Shown: positions 1 to 11,761 of the stretch, one piece after another
Position numbering within the stretch: position 1 is the stretch's first letter
How the letters are laid out: each line of letters starts with the position of its first letter
Origin: Utricularia gibba
Taxonomy: Eukaryota; Plantae; Magnoliophyta
Assembly: GCA_002189035.1 (NCBI GenBank)
Contig: NEEC01000031.1
Location: forward strand, 1 to 64,000
Length of the DNA stretch: 64,000 bases
Direction: 5' to 3'
Translations under genes and position numbers: made by a program
Notes under the pieces: model-generated
Told to the model about the DNA's origin: nothing
The model's input: the letters and a program-made list of their open reading frames with translations, nothing else
The model's database searches: none

Positions 1-2
1 CG

Positions 3-892
3 CCGCCATTTAGCATCATTTCTCGGATTGGAGCATACAAAGCCTTCTCTGAGATATCCCCACTTCTGCACTTCCAAAACTTGACTTCCAATCAAGCCAT
101 TCTCGAGTCTCTGGAGGGGTTCAACCGGATCCACATTATCGACTTCGATATTGGTTATGGCGGACAGTGGGCTTCTCTTATCCAAGAACTTGCATTACGA
201 AGTGGCCGATCTACTTCCATGAAGATCACTGCTATCGTCTCGCCATTGATCAACAATCACCTCGAACTCGGCTTGATCCGGGAAAACTTGACTCAGTTCG
301 CGAATGATGTCAATATATCGTTCGAGTTCGAAGCTACGAGCATCGATTCATTGAGCTCTGGTTCATGGTCAGAGGCTGGCGCAGTTGCTGTGAATCTCCC
401 AGTTGATCCGTAGCCAATTATCAGTTCTCAATGCCTTTGATTCTCAGGTTGGTGAAGCAGCTACGGCCCAGAATCGTCGTCTCCACAGACCAAGGATGCG
501 ATCGGACTGATCTCTCGTTCCCTGACCATCTGATCCATGCTCTGCATTCCCTCACCACCGTATTGGACTCCATTTATGCTGCTAATCCCCATCTTGATAC
601 CCTGCAGAAGATCGAAAGCTTCTTGATTCAACCCGCACTCGAACGAATCGTGACGAGCCGATTCCGTTCCCTGAAGAAGACTCAGCATTGGAGGTCCATG
701 TTGTTGTCATCCGGCTTCTCCCCCGTGGCATTCAGCAACTTGGCAGAATCGCAGGCAGAGTGCGTCATCAACAGGACTCCGGTTCAGGGATTTCAGGTCG
801 AAAAGAGGCAGTCGTCGCTGGTTCTTTGCTGGAGAGGGCAGGAGCTCACTGCTGTCTCCGCCTGGAGGTGCAGATTCCGATCAAGTCCGTGA
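3..892 (+). CDS. HAM: GRAS transcription factor, HAM/SCL6/22/27 subfamily; 5'-truncated at the window edge; 1-bp frameshift at ~405
   Basis: Frame from 3 reads IGAYKAFSEISPLLHF..TSNQAILE..RIHIIDFDIGYGGQWASLIQEL (VHIID region). The second ORF has LRLVKQLRPRIVVS..GCDRTDL and the terminal SAWRC motif. One extra G at 405 joins them (NLPV-GSVANYQFS-MPL). Confidence 0.93.
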
Positions 893-2081
893 TCATCGTC
901 GTCTAACGTGTGCCTGTTCATCGGTGGGGTTGCACTAACTCTTTCTTTGGCAATGTTTCGCTCCTTGTCGCTAAAGACACGTGTCCTTCTCTTTCGTGTT
1001 CGAAATTTATGCATTATTTTAGTTCACTTTTTTGTTCCAAAAAATATGTTAATCGAAGGTGATACTATATTTTATTATAACACATATATTAACAACAAAA
1101 TTAAATTTATATGTATATGTATTCAAATTCAGGGGTTCGGTTTTGAATTATTTTGTTACTTAATGGTGTAATTAATTAAAATTGTGGTAATTAGCTTGAG
1201 GTAATTAATGAAGAGGTAACACCATCATGGCGCATGGGGACTACTCCTATTATACTGGGCCCCACACCCATCTAATTATTTTTTAATCCTACAAAAGTAT
1301 AATTATTACATGAAATTCATCCGGTCTCGTCCACTTATTTTGATGCTAATTAATGTACGGATTAGGTGTAAGTTCCTTTAATGCCCTTAATCCTCTTTAT
1401 TATGGAATGGATGGACATCATCTCCGTACCAATAAATACAAGTTGACACTAATACCCCTCGGTGCTCTACGCGGTGAGAAAGGCCTTGAACAAGAGCAAT
1501 AACTGCGGGTTGACGAAGCTGGTGGCGAATAAGGTTAGATTTGGAATTGGATTCTTGGATGAAGTTTTGCTCTAAATGACAGACTTATCCTTGGGGTAGA
1601 GTGCATTGACGTGGGACAAGGACACGACGCCACGAAGCGAGACATGTGGCAGAGAAAGGAGTCTCGCACATTCCGTGACTCTGCATCCTGTTTCCTTCAA
1701 CGTCCCGTCCCTGTCTCCATGGATTAAACAGATGGACAAACCAAGGAAGATTGATCCCTTCACAACACAACTCGAGACCAACAACGAAGGGAACAACACA
1801 TGATGGTAAACTGTTTTCCACTGTTTAAACCCACTGTAAAAAGCCGTCAGACGGGTAGATAAACCAAGTCAAAGGAGACAATTGATAGTGAATCACGATG
1901 TTGAATCCTTTCTGTGCCACTTTTTACAAGATGCTAGTTATGAATTAACATGGATTCAGAAACAAAAAAAGAGCATGACTTGAAAGTAAGAAAAATTACC
2001 GTAGTCAGTAGAAAAAAACAATGAAGCAACAAACGGCGTTTTTACTGACAGTGGAAAGACCAATTCTCACGAGGTTCCAAC

Positions 2082-3834
2082 TCACCCCTCTTGAGGAGAT
2101 AGCCCGTGAGGATACCTACCAACGCAACAAAGACAAGAAGCACAAAGGGTGGGCCCTTGCTTCTACGAGCTTGGCGTTGTAAAATCGCCTGCAAAGATGT
2201 AAGGAAATGATTTAGAACCCGATTGAGTAAGCAATACGGTTCCAACTGTCCTTACACCAGGGAAGGGGGTTTAGCTCTGAGAAGATGTGGGGGACTTACC
2301 AATTCTCGTTCAAGCTTGTTATTCAACCGAATGGCAGACTGCTTCTCCTCAGTTAGCCTGGAGACCAGGGCTTGGACCTGCAATTTGAGGGGAAACTAAT
2401 AACGAAAAACAGCTTTGGTGTTCATCAATCTGTAGCTACTGCAGTTCGTTGTCAAAGTCTATTATGCATCATATCCTGCATTTTAGAGCATCCCTGGATA
2501 TTGCACAGTTTTCCTCAAACAGTACATTGAATATATTCTGGTCATATAAAGTCAATTTTGCAATCTTGAATAGTGAGTTATTTACTGATATCCGAGTTGT
2601 GAAAGATCTCTCAGAGGCATACTTGCAATGGAAAGAATGATGATAATTACTGACAGAGGTGAAAAGGAGATTAACCTCAGAGACGCTTTCATTTTTGGAT
2701 ATCTGCAATTACGAAAGGCACAACAAGTTTTTACAAAAGGAAAAATATCTAATATTGTAGGATATAAGACAGTGCATTCGAATGCTTAGGCACTATGCTC
2801 ACCACATTAGAATCGGAATCCTGATTGACAGTCCCATTGTCCGATACAGAGGCACGTGGTGAGTAACCTTCCTCTAATCCTTCGTGAACTGGAGAAGGTG
2901 GGCTTGGAGGTGGAACATACACAACTCTCAATTTGCATTCATCAACACGATTTCCCGACTCTTTGTTGAACTAACCAAAAAAAAAAAAACAGTAGCACCA
3001 GTCAATTTGTTGATTTTCTTAGCACCTACACTATGAATAAACTAATCTCAGAGAAACCAAATACCATTTCTGCAGTAACATCCTTTCCAGTTAATCCAGG
3101 GCTTGCTACTGTACTCTGGAGTAGAAACTTATCCTTGCATTGCAAATCTGGGGGAGACTCCTTTTGGGCTTGCATCGTTACTGAATCATGAATGAACTAA
3201 TGGATCAGAAATGCATAACTTTTCAAGAAGAAAACATAATCCGGTACTTGGTTCTCTGTTCTCCATACAAAAACTGAACAAAGCAGGGAGTAAAAATTAA
3301 AATCCATTACCCACAACTTCACACTTGGAGTGAGGAATCACAACTCCAGTATTTGGTCTCACACAATACTTTTTAGGGTTGGTAGTTTTCACCTGGTAGG
3401 CATCAATGAAATCACTAACGAGCAAATACAAAGTACTCGGACGGACTTATACAGAAGACAGTTTTCATCGGAATTGTACGCTTATGTCGGCAAAGACATT
3501 ACACAATAAAATCTCAAGTACAAGAACTTGTACAGAAACGCACCTTGAATGCAACATAATCATCGGACTTGTTAGTCAGTTGCAACGAACACGAGATCTG
3601 CTTCTTCAATTCAACTGGCAAGATACAAAAGAAAAAAGAAAAACAAAACCCAAGAATGATCAAATCACAAAACAAAAATGCATGGAACCGATCCGTAAAG
3701 ACCAAATCACATAAAAAAACACCGAAAATCAGCGTAAAAACCAAAAAGAAACGGAAAAAAATTCATGAGTCAAGGAAATTACAAGGAAATTGAAGCTCAA
3801 GCGGTTCGATTTGGAGAAGCTCCCCAGTACTCAT
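2082..3834 (-). CDS. VAP27: VAMP-associated protein (MSP domain, C-terminal TM anchor), multi-exon
   Basis: Exon 1 MSTGELLQIEPLELQFP from ATG 3834; exon 2 ELKKQISCSLQLTNKSDDYVAFK; TM PFVLLVFVALVGILTGYLLKR. As assembled it reads on to a stop at 2042. Restoring one C in run 2085-2088 gives the usual short tail LLKRG* (stop 2082-2084). Confidence 0.92.
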
Positions 3835-4858
3835 TTCCTAAGCGGATCGTCAATAGATGCGCCAATTATTTGAGGAAAAGAAGAAACGAGGGTCTCAATT
3901 TGAGAGTCCGATCCCGGCTGAGCTCCGGCGACGATTCAAGAAAATAACGGTAGGTAAGGGATCCGTGTAGTCGAATCTCAGAGGAACATCCCCATCGCCT
4001 CCGGAAAAAAGTGCACGCAAATTGAGTTCATTAATTAACCTAAATACGTAGCCAAAACCTTATTATCATCCTCAAACAATAAGTATTTAAGGAAAAGAAG
4101 AAACGAGGTTTGGGCCTCATCTAAAGCGGGATCAATGGGCCTGGCCCAAACTCGATAATGGATCATTAATCACTTAAACTAAGCACTACTTAGCACCGTA
4201 ATGACATTCTAATTACACACTTATCCATCACATGAACCAGCTAATCATACTTGCAACCGTTGAGGAGATTCATCCTTCTTGATCCTATACCCTCAAATCA
4301 GTCATTTTTTTCCATCTTCATCTCACTGCTGGTAACCATCGGGTTCTGGTCCTTGCTTTCATTTTTCCGGTCGCCACTAACGGAGAATACTTTTGCTGAA
4401 GCTGATCTTTCGTCGCCACCGTCGGCTTCATGTGAACTGAATATTCTACTGCAACTACCTTTTACGGCTTGGAAGGGAAACCCCTTGGGGCCTTGTCGTC
4501 AAACATACTCCAGCTGAACGCATCAGGGCTCCGCTGCTCCTCATCTGGCTCCCGTTCCACCGTCGTGGTAAAAGAATATCATCTTTATCATTTCTGACTC
4601 TCATGACAAAAACTGGTTACCAGAATTCTGCAACTCTGGATGCTATCTCATCCTTGATTCCTCAATGTGTCCAGTTTCGTTCCTGATCCGATCGGTTGAT
4701 CTTCTCGTTGCTCCTCCATACGAGCCAACCTATCAGGAAAAATCGGAGACTCGAAAGACAGACAGGATGTAGAGCAAATTTCAGCTCAATGATCCTTTAA
4801 TTCCAATATAATATCACTACTACGATCCGTCCCCAGTTACAAAAAACCTTCACACAAG

Positions 4859-6028
4859 TTATTCAACGGAGAATTGGTTCCGGGTGACCGGCATGGCGCA
4901 TCTTCGTCTCCGGTGTCGAGACCCGTTGCCGGCTTTTATTTCCTGAGCGCATCGGAGAGTCCTCTCGATTTGGTAACCGCCGCCGGTGCTCACTTCCCTC
5001 TCCAAATGGCTGCAGTAGCTCACGTACACGCTCAGGTTGACGTGCATTTTGAACTTCATCAGGAAGAGCAGTTCGGTCTCCAGCTTGTTCAGTTCTTGAA
5101 GACTGAATCCCCCGACTCGCGCGAAGTAAGAGTTTCTGTAGTTCCTGCTCAACAAACATTAAAAAAATATTAAAAATCCTTAAAATAAGTTGCAACACCT
5201 TCGGGTCCATTTTCATTAATATTATAAGATGTGTTCTGTTGCAGAATTTAATTATAGTAATAATATTTTAATAGGATAAGATATATATTGATGATTAATA
5301 TTTAATGGTGAATAGTATAAGAAATAATTGTGCTTTCATGATTCAATATAAATAAAAAATAGATGTTGAAAATAACAAATAAGAAATAAAAATATGAATC
5401 CCACCATTCCACATCTTAAAATTTAAAGATATTAAATTTTAATATTTAGTAAATGTGATTTATAGATATTTTCAAGTCTTGAATAGATATTTTAAATATC
5501 GATTATAAAATAATTTTTTACCTGATTAAAACTGGTTTTGAATGTTTTTTTTAACCCTTCGACTGTACTTTTTGGACTGTTAAAGGTTAAAGCTCTCGGT
5601 AAATATCTATTTTACGACATAAGGTTCAAAAAGGTAAAAAAATACTCACAAATCCTCGACGTATTTGGACGCAGCCATGACGGTGGTGATGAGCAATCGA
5701 TGTACGTTGGTGGGACCGATTCTGAAGTCAGGGTGGAGCTGGCAAAAGCGATCAATATACACATACGCCACCACGAACACCGACGGGCCGGCTCCGGTGT
5801 ATCGGAATATTCTCTCCATGTACGACGCCACCGTCATGTCCGGCGCCTCGTCCCCGTCGAAAGCCCACCGAAGCTGGTTTTTCACTGGGCGTCGCTGGTT
5901 CCGGGCGATGGTTCTATCGATCAGAGAAGCGAGAACAGAGATCACTGAGGGGGTTTGCGGTTTGCGGTTTCCGCGTGTGAGAATGAGTGCAGATCGCACC
6001 GCAGCTCCGCCGGAGAAACCAAATCCAT
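4859..6028 (-). CDS. CYCU2: U/P-type cyclin (CYCU2-like), two exons; frameshift at G run 5949-5953
   Basis: ATG 6028 gives MDLVSPAELRCDLHSFS; then SVISVLASLIDRT..MERIFRYTGAGPSVFVVAYVYIDRF..NVHRLLITTVMAASKYVEDL|NYRNSYFARVGG with a GT-AG intron. One extra base in the G5 run joins the ATG frame to the cyclin frame. Confidence 0.92.
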
Positions 6029-9000
6029 GCTGATGCCACCACCAGCTTCGAGATAGGAGGACGATGAGGGAGCCTTTTAATGCGGTTGAGATGGGAGCAC
6101 TATTCACAAGATCATTCGTTCACATTTGAATAAATGCCACTGGTCCTAAACAATGTGACTATGACCACTTCCTAACATTTTTGAAGTGAAAATCCCAATA
6201 TTAACAACAATTTTTTATTAAATAAAAGCGATTTTTGTTTAAAAATTGAAAATTTATTATTATTTTTATAAGTATTTTCCCCAAAATTAATTTTGGAAAT
6301 GGATTTCAACACCGTTTGATTGGAGGACCGTTTTGGGTTTCAATTATGCGCTTGTTTGACAGCTAATGATCATCCACGTATTCATGGATTTGGAGATTTA
6401 GTATGAGGAAATGACAGCATGATTGGGTGTGGTAAGGAATGGCCACCGCCTAGACGCCACGTGTCCGAATCACAAGCTCATTCGTACGCATAAAGTAGCT
6501 ATGATCACGGATTTGCAAATAATTAACCACCTAATCTGAATAATTTACGCTGGCTGATGCTGATGTTGCCTTCACCGCTAAGGCGCTATTGCTATTTAAT
6601 TTAAATTGAATTTGGGTGTTATTAGCGTCGGTGCATTGATGACCCGGGCACCGACAGATGGGTCGGGCGGAGGAACGGGCCGATAGATAGAATTCAGCAT
6701 TTTAATAATAATAATTATTATTTTAAATACATGAAGCGTGTGGACATGACTGAAGATAATCGACAGAAGGACAAGTAATTGGATCGGACATAAATTTCCT
6801 ACTCATTACAATTATATTTATTTAAGTAGTAATTTAATTTGAATTTTATTCTTTAACGCGGAATTACTAAAAATTATTCTATATTTAAAAGTGGGGCCAC
6901 TGATTTCGGTGCCGCCTTTCGGCGCATTATTGCATTGATTTGTTGTAACCTTAGCATAATTAATTTATTTTATTGAAAATAATGAAATTAAAAGTTTAAA
7001 TTGGCAAGCCCAAATAACCATTCCTGAAAGCCCATTATGAGAGAACACCATTAGCCCATTTAGCATGCATGAGCCCCCATCAGTGTTGCTTCATGTTGAA
7101 TGTGCTGCATTTTCAGGAGATGGACGCCGTTCTTCAGAAAACGGCGTCGCTTCAGATGTGCATTAGCTTGTTACATCACACACACATAAGAAAAAACAAG
7201 TTGGATGCCACTCCAGGGCAAATTCCATGGCCATCAAGAAGGATCTTGACCCCTAAACCAGTGAGCCCCACGCCCACCCAGAGACTCCTGCTTCGTCACA
7301 TGCACTCATGGACCCTCCCTTGTTTTCCTTTTAATAAGTAATGATTCTTGACACCCCCAAACACACATCATCGTACAAAACTCCTCCAACTTGTTGCAAA
7401 ACTTGTAAGAAGCCTGCACTGCACTGCACCCCTCTGCTCTGCTCCATCTGCAATGGCACTCAGAGCGAAGCAATGAAAACTAACACGTATGTACTTAGTA
7501 TCTTATCACATGAATATGTATTCATCCACAAACCATAGTAACATGAAAAGTGAGTTATGTGTTACACTTATGAGCCAGAGTGCTCCATTTGGTAACAACA
7601 CCGCATGCTGCTAGCTTTGTTCGTCAGCAAGTTGTTGGATGGGGTAGGTTTGGGTAGGGCACACAAGCAATACCTTGTCGTCAGCTTTCTGTCCGCCATC
7701 GCTCGTGATGCTCCTCTTTCTCCCTGATAATCATCCATATGCTGCCCGTGCCGGTGCCTAGGTGTCATACCATTGGACAAGGATCCAAAGGAACAACCAT
7801 ACCCATCCCAACTTTCCTCCGCCTCCCTCTGCCTTTGAACACACACAACCTTTTCATTTTTGACATTTTCCGAAATTTGAAGCCATGTCCGAATTTTCAT
7901 TTAAAAAGTATCATCCGTGTATTCTCTCTAACACATTAAATTAAAAGAAAATTAGTGAAAATAACTATTTTTCTCGCACAATCATATGGTGAGATTTCTA
8001 ATTCATACATTGAATACTGTCCACTCGGTGATGATAAAATCCATCAATTGGTTGTTAAATAACAATAAATAATGACATTTTTTAGGGGGATTTTAAAAAT
8101 TGTGAAAATAGGGTTATTTATAATGGGGCCATGGAGCATGGTGACGCGGGCGCATCGCCTGCCGACTTTTACAGTAATATTTTATAAATAAATTGCAATA
8201 TTTTTAAAATCAACACTAGTGTTTTATATTTAATTGGAAATTTTCTTGGAAATAACACGGAAAATGGTACGGAAAATAAAGAAAATCAAATGGCAAGGTG
8301 ACGTTGATGTGTCCGAACGCCACCCCCAGATTGTCTAGAATCATCATCTGGGGGGTTAATCCCCCCCTGTCATTAATCGCTAAACCCCACGCGGATCACG
8401 AGGTAATTAACTGTTAAGTACAACGTGTCATTAGGAACACTAGCACACATGGAGTTCGCGTGTGGTCCCCACTCCCAATAATTAAATGCCCATATTATTT
8501 TCCAGAAATCGTACGACGACATTTTTTTTTATTCCCATAAAAAAAATGATGCGACCCAACAACAACGCATGAGCACCGCACTTCCCTTTGACCGCGACTC
8601 CTTTTAACCCTTTTCACTTGTACAGACCCCGCTCGGACCCACCCTCGTTTCCAGCGCGTGCACCCACCGCACATTTCTTAGATGTTTCACTTTGGTCCTA
8701 TTACTTTTTTATTTCATTTTGATCATCAAATTAGACCTCTGTGTTGATTGGCCATATTTGTAATGGACTTAAACCTCCATCTCTTCTTCCATTCATAACT
8801 AATATAAGATATCGTTATAAGTCTCATAACATTATATTCTATTCCTTTTAAATATTCATACTATTATTGATATAAGTTTGGATTTGATTCTAATATCAAA
8901 TGTAATTAACCATCTTCTTCTTATATAATGTTTTCTGTTTCGAATATCCAATTCTCATAATTTTATATTCTCTTCTTTAAAAGAAAATATCTTATACAAA

Positions 9001-9618
9001 ATTAAGATAATTTATTTATTTAAATGCATCAACGACTTCATTCATAATGTGGGATACTGTCATAAGGAAGTTAATGAATCCTGATCGAAAAATGATTGAA
9101 TTGTGATTTGTTTTTTGATTTTAAAATAGTTTAAATTTAGTCTAATCTTGATTCAAAATCTAAAACATGATTAAGTAATTATTTTTAAATCACACACTAA
9201 TCCATTGGGGGAGGTGAAGGGTACGCGCCGATGAAAGGGGAGGTGGGGTTGTTTGCATCAAAATAAAAGAAAGGAAAGCGATGGGGTAGGGGCAAATTCG
9301 TCTCTTCAGAATATGATGCCTACGCCATCACAAATTTCTCCGCAACTGAAAACGACTGGGAGCAGCCTGTGGTCTGCGTGTACTCTCCATCTCTATCCGC
9401 CTCCCTAAATAATTCTTTATTTTTTTCTTTAAAAAATTAGGAATTATCGGAAAATGTGTAAAATAAAATAAAATTTAATTATAACTATGCCTTCACTACA
9501 CCGACCTTGAAGCCACACTGCTATCTCGTCTGCTTTTCTTATCTTGTTGTTGCTGTCTGTCTCTCTTGGTTGGGGGTTACACCGCCTGCCTCCCTCGCCT
9601 TCTCCTGGCCATCGGAAA

Positions 9619-10116
9619 ATGATGGATTTCCCCACCGTCTGCGCCATGTGCGGCGACGTCGGGTTCCCGGAAAAGCTCTTCCGTTGCTCCAAGTGCCGCC
9701 GCCGCTACCAACACTCGTACGTTATGGTTCCCGTTTACATTTTCTCATACCCATTCTTGAGACTTCCGGCTTTTAACCCTTTCCTGTACGTATTTAGGAG
9801 GGTGAATTTGTAAAAAAGGTGTTGGTAAACGTTTGGCAGGTACTGCAGTAACTACTACAGTGAATCCTCAGAGCCGATCCAAGTCTGCGATTGGTGCCAA
9901 TGCGAGGAAAAGAGTTCATCAAACAAGGGTTTCTCTCCCTCCTCCAAGAAGCCCTCCGCCCATGCAACCCACGAAGTCAGATCGGAGTACTCCGGCGACA
10001 AAATCAAGCAGCACCACCGCGACGTCAGCGGCGGGAGCTCTGGGATCGACAAGGCCGCCGGAAAAACACCCTCTCCCCGCCCAAGGTACAAGCTTCTCAA
10101 GGATGTAATGTGCTGA
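9619..10116 (+). CDS. Small Cys/His-rich (PHD-like zinc-binding) plant protein, At3g60520/At1g02070-like; two exons
   Basis: VCAMCGDVGFPEKLFRCSKCRRRYQHS|YCSNYY..VCDWCQ..RYKLLKDVMC*; intron 9717-9839 (GT-AG) keeps frame. Confidence 0.88.
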
Positions 10117-11761
10117 TCCAGGCTGTGGGGTTCGACCAGGACTTTCCAAATAAAAACTTTTTATTCAGAATATATATCTACAATTAGGTAACATAAGGTT
10201 TATCTGTATGGTCATATGTACGTACCTACGTGTGAGTTCTTCTTGTGCAATCCTTTCCTGTCTCTAAGATGACTTAGGGTTTGGTCCATTCCCCGTTAGG
10301 ACATCAACTCATTGTACAAACTTTGTCGAATTTTGAGTTGGGTTGTTTCCGTTTGTGACCAAAAGAAAGATATCCTCAACTTTATCATCCATAAAACTAA
10401 AGCGTGAGTCTTAGGACAAGGGTTTTTCGTACAGAAAGAAAGCTGCGGACTTGTCATCTGATGGACTAAACATGTCTGCCCTCGATCCCTTTTTGATTCC
10501 AGAATTCGATCCCGTTGATGTTTCATGTCCAAATCATTCATTCATGTCGACTGATAATGCAATTGTTTGTTGGTGACACACTTAGCCAAATCCAAGGGGC
10601 GGTAGTTGCTGGTCTGGGGATGGAGAAAGTCAGAAGATGGGTGTGATTAGGGTGCATTAAGTGGTGATTAGCAACTTTGGAATAAGAGATAATGATTAAT
10701 AATGATGGTAGGCAAGTAGCTTGGCTCAAGGTCAAAATGATCATTAATTTGTTAGTATAAGCCAATTAGGAGAGTATGACACCACCTCAATGGTTTCCTA
10801 AGCGGGTAGCTTGGCTTTTGGACCATTGAAATGTTCCTTGGTGGATAATGCGCCACCTATCACACTCACTACTACTGAATTTGTTAATGCTTTTCCTAGA
10901 AGAGGTAAGAGTTGGAGAAGAACATTTCGATTTCGCCTGTGTTTTGTGACTTTCGATTAGATGTTGAACTTTAGCTTCAAGAATTCGAAGAGTTCTCAAG
11001 TATATTGCTTGATCTGAAATTGATTGATTGATTGATTGATTCTTAATAGACATCATGAACAATAGAATCTGAATTTGTTTGAAACAACTTTTGAATTGTT
11101 GTTAAAACATAAATAAATTCATTTATAATACGATATCTTTCAAATTGTGATAATTTATATTAGTTATAGTATATTTTTTTTATATTATGTTAAAATTCAC
11201 ATGAACAGTCATTATATGTGAGGTGGGAAAACATATTTTTTCAATACAAGTATGAATGATGGACATTCGAGTTGAATTACATGGTATGTTGTAAGTTACC
11301 TTATGATAAAATTAATTTGATTGTACGGCACTACCACATGATGGGGCATTATACCGCAACAGTAGACTATAGTTTTTAACTAAAGGCTATATATAGAACA
11401 AGAAGAAGGTCATAACTCACATGGCACCGCATAATTTGTGATAAAACATACAAAATTGTCGTATCGAGTATCAGTATCCTCGGACTCACGTGTCCTAAAG
11501 ATTGAGTGCACGATCAAGAAAATGGGCCTCAATGTAACATGTGACGGAGGCCCATGGGCTGGTAACAACTGGGCTTCCTAGAAAATGTCTGTGAACTCAG
11601 CTACCTCTTGAGCCTTTTGAGAATGGGCTTCTTGGATTACCAGAAAAGGAGCAAATCACTTCAGAGGAAACAACCAATTTTGCTGCGAAACCAGAAGAAG
11701 AGTGGGTATTGTACTGCCACTTGGAGTAGTCACTAAAGGAAGGATTTTTGAGTTGCGGAAA

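Noticed and set aside
866-892. Six-residue extension after the GRAS SAWRC end
   Set aside because: Short read-through with no evident consequence; cannot be distinguished from a minor stop-codon shift or base error.
7123-7148. 9-bp stem hairpin gacgccgtt/aacggcgtc
   Set aside because: Too short for a miRNA precursor; bacterial-type terminators are irrelevant here; compatible with chance.
7212-7233. cagggcaaattccatggcca resembling a miR399 complement or IPS1-type mimic
   Set aside because: Only the part pairing with the miRNA 3' half matches; the seed side is mismatched and no mature miR399 arm is nearby.
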